64,000 bases of DNA from Octopus sinensis (lineage: Eukaryota). Made by a program: the position numbers and the translations under genes. Positions 1 through 11,649 of the stretch are shown in pieces (within the stretch, counting starts at the first letter, position 1; each line of letters opens with the position of its first letter). Below the pieces are notes generated by a model, which saw nothing but the letters and a program-made list of their open reading frames with translations, did no database searches and was not told the origin of the DNA. The stretch is from positions 22,382,001 through 22,446,000 of the forward strand of contig NC_043004.1 in assembly GCF_006345805.1 (NCBI RefSeq), read 5' to 3'.

Positions 1-487
1 AACTCCAAGGGTTTCGCTGTCTCTTTCGTTTATTAGATATTTAGTAGCATTGTCTCTTCTTGGATTGCAAATGCATATGTATGTATGTATTCGAATGACA
101 CTCAATCTGCATTTATAGTCGTTTCACTGTCTCTTGTTCAGTATTTCGTATCTATGTTGAAGTCTTATATTGCAAAAGCGTAGCCATTGATATATAATGG
201 GTTGAAATGGTCACCACCCTATGGGATGCTACAATTAACATTGATATTATCGCATTTTTTCAACTGTATGAGAAATATACACAAGCATAACTATTTAATG
301 GTATGCAATATGTCTTTCGTCTTGGCCTTTGCTGTGATAATGTCATCCTGCTCCTTTCAAGTTCACTTCAGGAATACTTATTGGAAAATTCACTACTAAA
401 CATATAGGAGACTATTCACGCCACTTTCGGTGATTGGTTGATGAAATATTTACCTTCATAATGCATACGCACTTACATATATTTATA

Positions 488-489
488 CG

Positions 490-572
<83 letters not shown>

Positions 573-580
573 ATGTATGT
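488..580. repeat. Compound (CA)n-(TA)n-(TG)n microsatellite
   Basis: Directly visible. It generates the spurious [12 protein letters not shown] ORFs. Confidence 0.95.
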
Positions 581-1573
581 TCGTATGTAAGTGCCTATGT
601 ATTTGTGTGCAACCATTCATGCTATCCGTATGGCAATTTGCGTATTGACTTATGTATATATGCATCAGTAAATGTTTTGTATATTGGTACATCTTTGAGT
701 GTACATACTAGTTGCTATGTTAACCTTGCTATATGTATGTATGTTTGCTTGTGTGTATATGTGTGTCTATGGATATACGTTTTCTACTTTAGTAGAGGTA
801 AAATTAATAGTGTCTGTACGCTAGTGTGTTTGTGTGTGCATGTGAGCGTGTGTATGTCTGCATGTGTGCATGAGTGCGCATGTGTGCACATGTTTATGCA
901 TATGTTTGTAAATATATTATTTACTATTTTCCAATTTCTTTGCCATGGAAATTGCTGTAATTTGTTCTGTAATCTTCATTAATATTCCGAACAAGCTGTC
1001 GTTACCATTTAATTCAGACACAAAATAACGAAATTCATCCGCTGCAATCATATTGTCGCGAAGTTTTTTTTCTTGGGTAATGAAATCACCCTGAACAAGA
1101 TGCCATATGGAACTGACATGTTTAAAAGACAGTCTTATGATAATGACCAAATTGCAAAATAAAATATAAGGAGGGAATGAGGTCTTATATTACAAGACAA
1201 GTTTTCTTAATATTCGAATTACAATCATGTTGCGAACTTATAAAAAAATTATTTCCTAACAATTCTAAGAAAAAATAATTTCGTATGTATTCTAAAAACA
1301 TTACTCGTATTAAAATCTAATTGAAATAATGCAAATTATGTCCGTTCAGTGGTGAATTACTACAGAGTATTATAACTTTCTTTCCATACACATAATATAA
1401 ATTGCAAAAGTTTAAAATGTAAAATGATTCAATTATCATTTACTATCCATCAAGACGGTGAGTGATACTCAACATTTTTGATTGGCGTTAAATTATGGAT
1501 GGATTTTCATGGACATACACTGACAATTTAGGAAAAGAACAACTACATGTTAATAGTATATATGCATACATAC

Positions 1574-1687
<114 letters not shown>

Positions 1688-2061
1688 TAATAATCCATGG
1701 ATAGAATTTATAAATATTTTAATATATCGCTACGCGCATTTCCAAGAATCATATGTTTTTCGTGACCAATCACATAAAATTGCTGTTGCAGGGTGGAATT
1801 ACGAGGCCGTAGCCGACATCATAAAATAGCAAATTTTATATGCCCTTACAATAATGAATATGATAATGTAAGCAGTGGCACGGAGATATAAAGTTCAACT
1901 GGTTATAATGATATTAACTATTTAAGCAAATAATATTAAAATGTTAGATTTTGAAATGTTTGTGAAAATATATGTGTATTGGGAATAGATAAGTAAAATA
2001 ATCGCTAGGTTCCAGTGAATAATAATCTAGGGATGAAATAAATTAAGTAATAATGAATAAT

Positions 2062-2400
2062 AGGCACAAGAGTGGGTGAGGTGTATGTAGCTTGCTTACC
2101 AACCACATCGCTTCGGACCTTGGGCAAGTGCCTTCTGCTGTAGCCCCGGTAGACGAAAACTGAAATAAGTCTGTCGTATATAGGTATGCATGTGTTGTGT
2201 GTGTGTTCTTGTGTTTGTCCCTCCACCATCGCTTGACAACCGATACTGGTGTGTTCACGTCTCCGTAACTTAGCGGTTTGGCAAAACATACCTATTGAGT
2301 AAGTACTACGCTTTCAAAGAATAAATCTTGGGATCAGTTTGTTCGACTAAAGGCGTTGATACAGCATGGCCGCAGTCAAATGACTGAAACGAAGAAAAGA
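2062..2400 (+). mobile_element. tRNA-derived SINE, family A (decayed)
   Basis: Shares 'cttgcttacc...ccttgggcaagtg...ttgtgtttgtcc...aaccgat.ctggtgtg...cagcatggcc...tgactgaaac' with copies at 42737-43109 (-) and 53245-53640 (+). Confidence 0.85.
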
Positions 2401-2780
2401 ACAATGATGAAATGAAGTAATTCGCTATGTTGAGTAACGAAAACTGGTAAGGCAATTACATATGCGTATATGTGTGTGTGTATTTGCGTGTGTGTGTGTG
2501 TGTTTTTAACTAGTATATAAGTATAGTGTTAAGCTGTAAGCCAGGTGAGTTACGGAAAAGGGCTAAAGGAGGATTTTTAGCTTAAAATACGATCATAAGG
2601 TAAATACAGTAATTTAATTGAATGAGCATATACGATCCTCAGAATTACATACTAGTTAAAATAAATTGTGAAAAAGGTACAGATACGGTAACTGTCAAAT
2701 AGCATTTGGATTCACGGGAATATCTAAGCGTTTCAATGAAACTATAAGCACGAGAAGAGAAAGCCTAATGGTGTTTGTTT

Positions 2781-3190
2781 AATAATAATAATCCTTTCTA
2801 CTGTAGGCACAAGGCCTGAAATTTAGAGGAGGGAGATAGTCAATTACTCCGACCCCAGTACTCCACTGGTACTTATTTTATCGACTACTAAAGGATGAAA
2901 GGCAAAGTGGACTTCGGCAGAATTTGAACTCTGAAGGTGAAGACGGACGAAATACCTATTTCTTTATTACCCACAATGGGCTAAATATAGAGGAGACAAA
3001 CATGGACAGACATAGGTATTAAGTCGATTATATCGACCCCAGTGCTTAACTGGTACTTAATTTATCGACCCCGAAAGGATGAAAGGCAAAGTCGACCTCG
3101 GCGGAATTTGAACTCACAACGTAACGGCAGCCGAAATACCGCTAAGCATTTCGCCCGACGTGCTAATGATTGTGCAAGCTCACCGCCTTC
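2781..3190 (-). mobile_element. tRNA-derived SINE, family B, internally duplicated (dimer-like), with (TTA)n tail
   Basis: The minus strand starts 'gaaggcggtgagcttgcacaatcattagcacg' and contains the B-box-like 'gagttcaaattcc'. The module 'gaccccagt...ctggtactt..ttatcgac...aaggatgaaaggcaaagt' occurs twice (~2851-2957 and ~3035-3141). Related copies are at 52098 and 60515. Confidence 0.85.
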
Positions 3191-3208
3191 GTTAATGATA
3201 ATAATGAA

Positions 3209-3260
<52 letters not shown>

Positions 3261-3289
3261 GTAATAATAGTAGTTGTAATAGTAATAAA

Positions 3290-4290
3290 AAAAACCGTGC
3301 CAAACCTTCTGCCTTAGATATTCTGACCGATAAGTGGCAAGAAATAACTCTCTATGGCAAATACCCAAAGAGAGCGAATAATGCCGATGTTGACAAAGCC
3401 CGTACCCATCAATGGCTAATGGCTTCTGGATTAAAATCAGAAACAAAAAGGTTTATCATAGCAGCTCAAGATCAATGCCTACCTACAAAGAACTACCAGC
3501 TCAACATATTAAAGAACGCCAGGTTCCCAACACGTCGTTTACATCAACAACAAAATGAAACCATTAATCATGTTGTCTCTTTGTCCAGTCTTCTTGCCCC
3601 TACAGAATATCTCACCAGGCATGATACAGCTGCACAATATATTCACTGGGTAATTAGCAAAAATCTGGACTTGCCCCATGATAAAATCTGGGGGGAACAC
3701 AAACCACCTCCAGTGCTTGAAAATCATAACATCTCACTCCTCTGGAACTTCACCATTCAAACTGACAGAAAGATAGATGGAAATAGGCCAGATATCATAT
3801 TGAAAGACCTCAGACAAAAATCATGCCTCCTCATTGATATGACTGCCCCAATCGCTATAAACGTATCCGTCCAGACCTACCAAAAACTGAGCAAGCATAA
3901 AGATCTTGTAATAGAAATTAGCTAACTGTGGAACTCGAAGACTAAAACAATACCTGTTGTCATAGGTGCCCTAGGAAGGATAGTAAAAGGAGCTGACTGC
4001 TACCTAGCTCAAATATCAGGAAACTCCAAAATGACAGAAATTCAGAAGATAGTGCTCATGGGAACTGCCCATATCCTACGTAAAATACTATATATGTAAT
4101 CTCAAATTTAAAACAAAACTCATAATTTTCTTATGGTTTCTTAAACATTCTCTAGAACAACACTATGTACAAAACCAATTATTTGGTACCATAAGCATAA
4201 CACCAACATGAACTTCTAACTTGTTGTCTCTTGAGGTCTCTGGGTGAGACTTGGAGCCAACTTGTATAAATGTAAAGCAAAAGTCAAACA
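3290..4290 (+). mobile_element. 5'-truncated, inactivated R4/Dong-type non-LTR retrotransposon (RLE endonuclease end), copy 1
   Basis: Translation gives KWQE..LYGKY, WL.ASGLKSET..FIIAAQDQCLPT, RHD, NRPDIIL, LLIDM.P. After an in-frame stop at 3923-3925 it continues LWNSKTKTIPVVIGALG...LMGTAHILRKILYM* to 4099. The CCHC knuckle is degenerate. (TAA)n flanks both sides. Confidence 0.9.
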
Positions 4291-4362
4291 TATAATAATA
4301 ATAATCCTTTCTATTATATCACAAAGCCTGAAATGTTGTTGGAGGGGTAATGTCGATTAGAT
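4291..4362 (-). mobile_element. SINE family B 3' tail fragment
   Basis: 'taataataataatcctttcta...acaaagcctgaaat' matches the tail at 2781-2825. Confidence 0.7.
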
Positions 4363-4409
4363 GTTTAGTAGATTGGCACGTACTAGCCCGGACTATGATG
4401 GATCCGATA

Positions 4410-5060
4410 CTAGGTGTAGTGGTGTAGGATTATTTACGCGTAGATCGGTTAAATATTTATTGGTACTTGTAGTGAGGAAGGAAATTAGATTGGATAATGG
4501 CAAACAATTGTGCCCTCAAATTTAAAGAGGAGCTGCGTGTAAACCAAATTAGGTTACTCCACCTCTCTCGCTTTTAATAGGTAATCTTAGGGTCTTAGAA
4601 TTTCATTTTCTACTCAGTATTTGGAAAACAACACTAATTTCAGGATTATATTTTACATTATTTTTTGGGTGGAGCTGAAATGGCTGTTGGACACTTTCAG
4701 TAAGTTGATTGTTACGGTGTGGGGTATTTGGTTAGGTGTTCCTATCTACAGTGCGTGATTATATCTGTTGCTTTGAGGTGTATAGAATTAGTATCTAATT
4801 GTGCTCGGAGGTTCTTAAGCTTAGTATTAAACAAGTATTTTATCGTGTGTGACAAACGCTGGCGGTTAGTGCTTGATTTACAGTAGGTGACTTGATTATT
4901 AAATATTTCCTAAGTTGAAGACAGATCAAAAACTCTAATAGAGATAGCCTTAATAATGCTATTTAAAACAGAACTATGGTGATTAGAATGGACGTTCATA
5001 TTCTTTATATATTCATTAGGCTTGTGGTACAAGAGATATAACGAAGGATCTAAGGTTACG
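4410..5060 (-). mobile_element. Decayed Penelope-like element, RT C-terminal/thumb and linker region
   Basis: Minus-strand translation across stops and frameshifts gives FHDVTLD...YHKPNEYIKNMNVHSNH...IRVFDLSST*EIFN and NLIWFTRSSS...IFNRSTRK*SY. These match the PLE-type motifs FLDV, Y.KP, SNHP, IIWFNPPFS and IFNRNT.K.SY. Confidence 0.75.
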
Positions 5061-5227
5061 TCATGGAAGCTGGATTTTTAGTGGTATCCTCTAATGCAAT
5101 AGTTAAGATAAAATTAGCAAAGAATATATGAAGGGTCTCTCATGAGAGCATGATCGTAATAAAGTCCACCATGGATTTCAGGGAAACACATAAAATGTTA
5201 CTGCAGGTCTGTGAGCTGAGCAGAGTC

Positions 5228-5400
5228 ATGAATGTGTAAAATATATTAACGTCCATTCTAATTGCCATAGATCTGATTAAATAGCGTAATTAAGAATACC
5301 TTTATTAGAATTTCTGACCTCTCCGCAACTGAAGAAATACTTAACACGTCACCTATTATTATCATGCACTATCCACCAGCTATCCATCTGGCACTATAAG
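5228..5400 (+). mobile_element. Inverted, diverged second PLE RT-thumb fragment
   Basis: 'aacgtccattctaattgccatag...' from 5248 aligns to the reverse complement of ~4882-4996 at roughly 75% identity by eye. Translation: HECVKYINVHSN...IRISDLSATEEIL...YYHALSTS. Confidence 0.7.
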
Positions 5401-6099
5401 AACACTAGCCCACACTGTTGGTCAAAAATACAATGAGGCTACCTGGCATTTATACATGAAGCATTTCTCATTACTTATCAGTAAACTTTCTACCCTACTC
5501 GCTTAATTTCCTTTATCACCCTATATGGATAGATGATGACCACGCGAGAGTGTGAATGTGTGCATGTATATATGTATGCACAGTGCCCTGTTTGCAACCA
5601 AGCATCTATATATGTCCGTCTCTATCCACTTACGTGTATATAGCTGCGTACGTGTATATATCTGCGTGTATGTGTATATGCGTATGTAAGAATAGATGAG
5701 CACATATACATATGTGTTAGCGTGTATGTGTGCGTGTGTGTATACATACATCCCCTTCAAACTCACTCACTATACCGGCTTGTCATTGCTCTCATACATT
5801 TCTCTCTATCTTTCCTTCACACTCTTATATACTCTACCAAGGACATCTATGTAGATAGATAGGTAGATAGATAAATATAGGGCTATATGATTGAAAGCAA
5901 AACTGCGTACTTGTTTTACCTATGTTGTAAGATTTAATAGATGAAAATAGAACAAAGCTATTCCCTATGAATGTGCATATATTTCCTTCCATGTGATTAT
6001 GTAATAGATAAACATGAGATGACTAATATTTTCTGTATGATAACAACTGTTCAATATTAACGTTATTCCCTTTACACACAGATAATGTAATTCTGGACA

Positions 6100-6790
6100 C
6101 AATTACATGAACTTGCTTGCCGTAGAATGCGACGGAGGAAATAAGCAAGTGAAATTTTTGGCGCCATTAGTACCTTCATCATCTGCTTTGGGTATAAAAT
6201 GCGTCACAATTTTTTCCTCATCTGCTCCTATAGCATTAAATTTTGGACATGATGAATTACTACATTTGTAAGTTACTGCGGAGCTAGATGTAAAACTACA
6301 TTATCCGGGGAAATATGATAACGAATCAAGTAACCCGATTCATTGGCGATTAACTTTTCTTTGGATAATTTATCTCTGCGGGTTGTGTTCCGATGTTTAT
6401 TTATCAGTAGAGATCATCATACAGGTCATCAATTTTTGTGGTGAGCTAAAATTCAGATTCAACTGTAGAGAAATTAAAATCATTTAATTGTGAAATCCAA
6501 CAGCAAATTCTCCATAATTTATCAAGATAATTTGTTTTCCAGTTTAAAATATTCTAAATACGCAATATCAATTTATATTTCTCCGGAAACATGCACCGGT
6601 ATAGTAGATGTTTTCCCCTCCATTCTGTTCGTCCCTGACAGGAAACAAACGGGCGAGTAAAGTAGATTTATGGGGAAATTTCTAGAGGCTAATTAAGGCC
6701 TGAACTTTCTCAGGAGCGAGTTTCTTTCATTTTTTTTTTTAGATTAGATCTCTGTAAATTGTTTGAATTACATTAATCTTCTGTATAGTT
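6100..6790 (-). mobile_element. Possible PLE N-terminal region relic
   Basis: Weak, frameshifted match to the PLE N-terminal 'VIN.S...L...E..LL.KGLNF.P' motif near 6700-6770 on the minus strand. It is collinear with the RT relic at 4410-5060. Confidence 0.35.
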
Positions 6791-8138
6791 CTTTTGCTTT
6801 TAGGTTCAATTAGTTTATTTCTAAAGTATTTCAAATCTTTATCTATTAACATACGCAAACTGACAGTGTCGTTCAAGCATAAAACGAAGTATTTTTAGTC
6901 TTCGTTCTGATTCCCTGAGTTCAAATTCACTTGTGGTCAAATTTAATTTTCATCCTTTCGCGGGGCAATATGTAAAGCTACATGTCCAGTTCACTCACTT
7001 AAAGGACTTTTTGCATGAGTAACGTTGCAGGATTTGTTTCATATATTTGTGCCCAAATTTCTGGAGTAGATGGCGTCAATCGTTTCCCGTTTAAACACTA
7101 CTCTTGGTATTTAGAACTTTTAGTGCATTTTATTCCTGTTGTAAATATTTAGAATAAATATCTGGTTTCAGGATAACTTCTTCCTTTCTTTGCATGTGTC
7201 TGAGAGGCCTTGGACAATTACAATAATGAGTGCTATACTTGCCACTGGGTGATTAATACAATTATTTATAATAAACTAATTGAATATGAAATTACTTTCG
7301 TTGAAGAAATTGTTGTACAGATAAAAGATTGTAATTTGTTTATATTTAGAGTTCAAATATTTTGTTTGTTCCGTTGATTATAGTACATTAATACACATAC
7401 ACACTAGTATATTCACGGTATTGATTATCAGAAACTAAGATAAAATGTATAAGAATTATTCTAAAAGTAGAGTGTATGAACAAGGGAATATTACACTATT
7501 GGGAATAAACCATTGTTTTAAGTTTCGTCGCTGTATTTACTTTAAAATGAATTTATAAAAAAGGTACTACACACTAAGTTCACACTAAGAAATATGCAAT
7601 GGCAATTATGAATTTTTTTGATCATGCTTAATAAAAAAAAATTATTCTACTTTCAGTAAACATTGATATAGAATGAGTTGAAAGTATATTATGTATTTAA
7701 ATAAGTTTAATAATTTTCTTTAAAACGGTTTGCTTTCCTTGATTCTTTTAATAAAGCAATCTCTAGTTAATTGCAAGAATAACGGGAAATAAATACTCTT
7801 TTATTTTTACGATGTAATTATATTGAATATATTTTCATTCGGGTTCGTGTGGGGGAAATTATTTTGATGATAATGAGATTTCAGTTTAACGATATTAGAA
7901 AACCCGATTAGTCCGTCGAATTCATATTTTCATTTCTTGTCAAATATAACCGATATTTGCTTAATAAAAATTTATTGCTGAGAAGTAGTTAACGAGTTGG
8001 TGATGACGCAAATAGATTTACTGAAAGTAGGCTATAAATGTGAATGTAGAACAGCATCCAACTGCACTTGTTTCGGAATGATAATAGTGCAAACAATCAT
8101 TCACACACACACACACATATTTGTGGGATGCATGAGTA

Positions 8139-8520
8139 TCTCTCTCTATATAAACGGCAGTTTGTCTCTCTGCGTGTCTGTGTGTCTGTTAGGTTGTACC
8201 CTCACCCTGACCACGGCTTTCAACCGATTCTGATGAAACTTGACACACACATAGCCCAATGTCCTAATTCAAAACTAACGCAGCGAAAATTTTGAAAAGT
8301 TCCCCCAGTTCTGAAAAAAATCGATAAATTCGACATGGGGTCGAGAATCAGAAACACAAACCACAGACTGTCTAGGGGACGCGACTCGACCTTTTTAACT
8401 CTCAAAAAAAATTACCATCATTTTTTTCCATTTTTTTGCTATTTTTTGGCTATAACTCTCTAAAAATGCTTTATAGTTATTTCCCTTACAAACCCGAGCA
8501 ACGCCGGGTGATACTGCTAG
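8139..8520 (+). mobile_element. Non-autonomous Helitron-like element
   Basis: 5' end A|TC (8138/8139) and 3' end CTAG|T (8517-8520/8521). A GC hairpin cccgagcaacgccggg (8493-8508) lies just upstream of CTAG. This is the classic Helitron terminal signature. Confidence 0.8.
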
Positions 8521-8953
8521 TATATTTATACAATTGTAATTGTAGGAATATTATTTCGGGAGAAACGATATACTACGCAAAGGAAATGGAGTGAATGATA
8601 TTATCATGTAATATCGACGGTAAAAGTCACACTGACTCGGACATGCTGCAGTGCTAATAGACAGTATGTGGACTGATGTAGTTGTTGATCGGTATCCCAG
8701 AGAGTGCAAAAGATCAAGTAGAAGACCTCTAAGATGAGAGAAAGGAGACTGTAAAAATAAATACAATTTCAATTTGAAGTGAAGGGTGCGATGAAAATTA
8801 AACGGAAGTGCATTGTGAACTGCGATGCTTAAAGATAACCTATTGTTTGCTCAATAGACAGAGAGATATTAGTATGTCTACTTATCTGCCCAAATACGAC
8901 TTTCTCTGTCTGTCATTCTCTTTGTCTGTCTCTCTCTCTATTTCGCTCTTTCT

Positions 8954-9098
<145 letters not shown>

Positions 9099-9100
9099 CA

Positions 9101-9278
9101 AGCTGTATCGGCTTTTGCCTTTCCCTTGGATGACACTGGTGGCGTGGAGAGAGGATGCTGGTATGCATGGGCGACTGCTGGTCTTCAATAAACAACCTTG
9201 CCCGGACTTGTGCCTGGGAGAGTAACTAAATTTCTAGGTGCAATCCCATGGTCAGGCATGACCAAAGGGGGCCTCAGC
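9101..9278 (+). mobile_element. SINE family C, 3' half
   Basis: 'tttcccttgga..acactggtggcgtggagag...ggtatgcatgggcgactgctgg...ctaggtgcaatcccatggtca' is shared with 44215-44428 (+) and 57186-57510 (-). Confidence 0.85.
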
Positions 9279-9868
9279 AAAACATATTTGTGTGTGTATA
9301 AATATATACAGATTTTTTTATATGGGTATTTTCTGCTTTTGTGTATGTATATGCCTTTAAATATCTATCTGTATTTTTGCATATATCAATATAAATATAT
9401 ATATATACATAAATATATATATAAAAAAGGAGAGAGAGAGATGTACGCATGTCTATATAGCCACACACATATATATTCCCATAGGTATACACACGTAGTA
9501 GTATAGATATAAATATCTTGGGAAATCACAAAGACGTATTTCGTTTCCTTTTGTAAAAATATTATGTATTATGATCTTAATGTAGACTACTCCTGAAGAG
9601 AAATCGTTTTAATTCATAGACTTGACAGTTATGGATGAAACAAACAATACTGACAGTCCGTCATAAGTATAGTGTGGTAAGATACAATATCTAGCTGGGC
9701 TTCATTCGATCGATCAAAGCCAGCGGGGATACGTTCGATGATCGATATCACCTTTAACCTGTACAAATGTAAATTGCGACTCCTTGGGAACTTTTCAAAA
9801 CGCTGGAGATGTACCAGATAGGAAGTAACTAATAAAAAATATATTTACAAATGAAAGAATACACAGAT

Positions 9869-9870
9869 AT

Positions 9871-9932
<62 letters not shown>

Positions 9933-10259
9933 TGTGTGTGTGTATATATATATATATGTGTATATATATATATGTATATATATGTGTATATATGTACATG
10001 TGTGCTTATGTATATGTATATATGTGTGTGTATATATATATATATATGTGTATATGTATATATATATGTGTATATATATGTGTGTATATATATATATATG
10101 TGTATATATATATGTATATATATATATATATGTGCGTGTGTATATATATATATATATGTATATGTATATATATGTGTGTGTATATATATATATGTGTGTG
10201 TGTGTGTATATATAGATATATATATATAAAATCATGCACGTGTAGATGTATATATGTGT
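9869..10259. repeat. Long degenerate (AT)/(GT) compound microsatellite (~390 bp)
   Basis: Directly visible. Confidence 0.95.
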
Positions 10260-11588
10260 GTCAGCAGTCAGGTGGGTAGGTTGGGCTAATCTGTGGGAAG
10301 AGATTATCATCAATCACAACATGGATGTATAAAAAGATTTGATGATATGTTTCTTTAATTTTTTTACTTTTTATTGGCTTTCATCATTGCAAAACAGCAC
10401 TGTTTTTTTTTATATAGATATATGTCGGAGTGTGTGTAGGCTTGTGCATATGCGTGTGCGTGCGTACACGCGCTTGCGTGTGTGGTTGGATCTGTGTGCA
10501 TTTGGTTGAATTTGTGTTCGTTTCTCTGTGTGTGTGTGTGTGTGTGTGTGTGTATGGGGTAAGACCTTTACGCCTATATTTATCGATATGTATGTGTATA
10601 TATATGCCAGTATATATGTATATGTACGTGTGTTTAAAATCTGCTGTGAGTATATGTAATAATATAACTTCTCATATATACAAAACAAAAATTATACATA
10701 TTTTACCCCGAATGATTTTTTCCAACAAGATTTTCTCCCAATGTTTTGTCTTCGTAATAAAAGTTTATTCATATTCCTGAGATATGCACGTGTGGTTGAA
10801 ATGTTCCCTTCACAAACGTGAGTTTATGGGTTCACGCCAACTTATATGACATCTTGGCCAGGTTCCACTTATCATAGTTTTTCATTGACCAATACCTGGA
10901 AAGTAGAATTTTGTAAATGGAAACTTAACGGAGCTCCCCCTCCATCTCTCTCTCCCCCCCCTCTTTCAAATATAGATATAAATTCTGTTCAGGATGTCAA
11001 GATTTAATTTGCTCAAAAGAAATTCTGAGCTGTCGAGTAATAATTATTTTCTATAATGGAAACGACTTTTTATCAGAGGGTGTCAAGTTGGCAGTGAGGT
11101 AACTGCATCAGTATAGACTAACATGCGTTATCTGCTTTTTATTCTCTGAGATATGATTTCCAATCTCACCGAGATCGACTTTGTTTATTATATTTTCAAT
11201 GTCGATAAAAAGCCAGTCTAGAACAGTAAAATAGTGGGAATGTTTGTGCATAGGATAAAATTCACTTGGATGAAAGATATTTTTTGCACTGTGAGTTCAA
11301 ATGCCACTGCCGATAACCGGCTTTACTGTGGTGGAAATGGGAACGTATGGAGACGGGTAATAATACTTCATGAGAGACAGTTTAATAGACTAATATTTGG
11401 ATTTCACCAAATCAGACAAATGGACATTGGGCTGAAACTGGATAAATATTCGGACAGAAACACAAATTTCCTATCAAACAAAATGGTGGGGCAGTATATT
11501 GCTGTAATATATCAGGGACAATATTGTAATATAACTCTCTCACGCACACACGCACACGCACACACACACGCACGCACACACACACACA

Positions 11589-11649
<61 letters not shown>

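Noticed and set aside
3170-3290. Asn-rich N-terminus of ORF 3170-3925
   Set aside because: It is the (AAT)n target tract read in frame with the truncated LINE and is not part of the protein.
8230-8236. CTGATGA core inside the Helitron-like element
   Set aside because: No stem II/GAAA arrangement or stem I pairing.
8551-8772. Minus-strand ORF with acceptor-like start (SPFSHLRGLLLDLLHSLG...)
   Set aside because: No recognisable domain and no good donor site.
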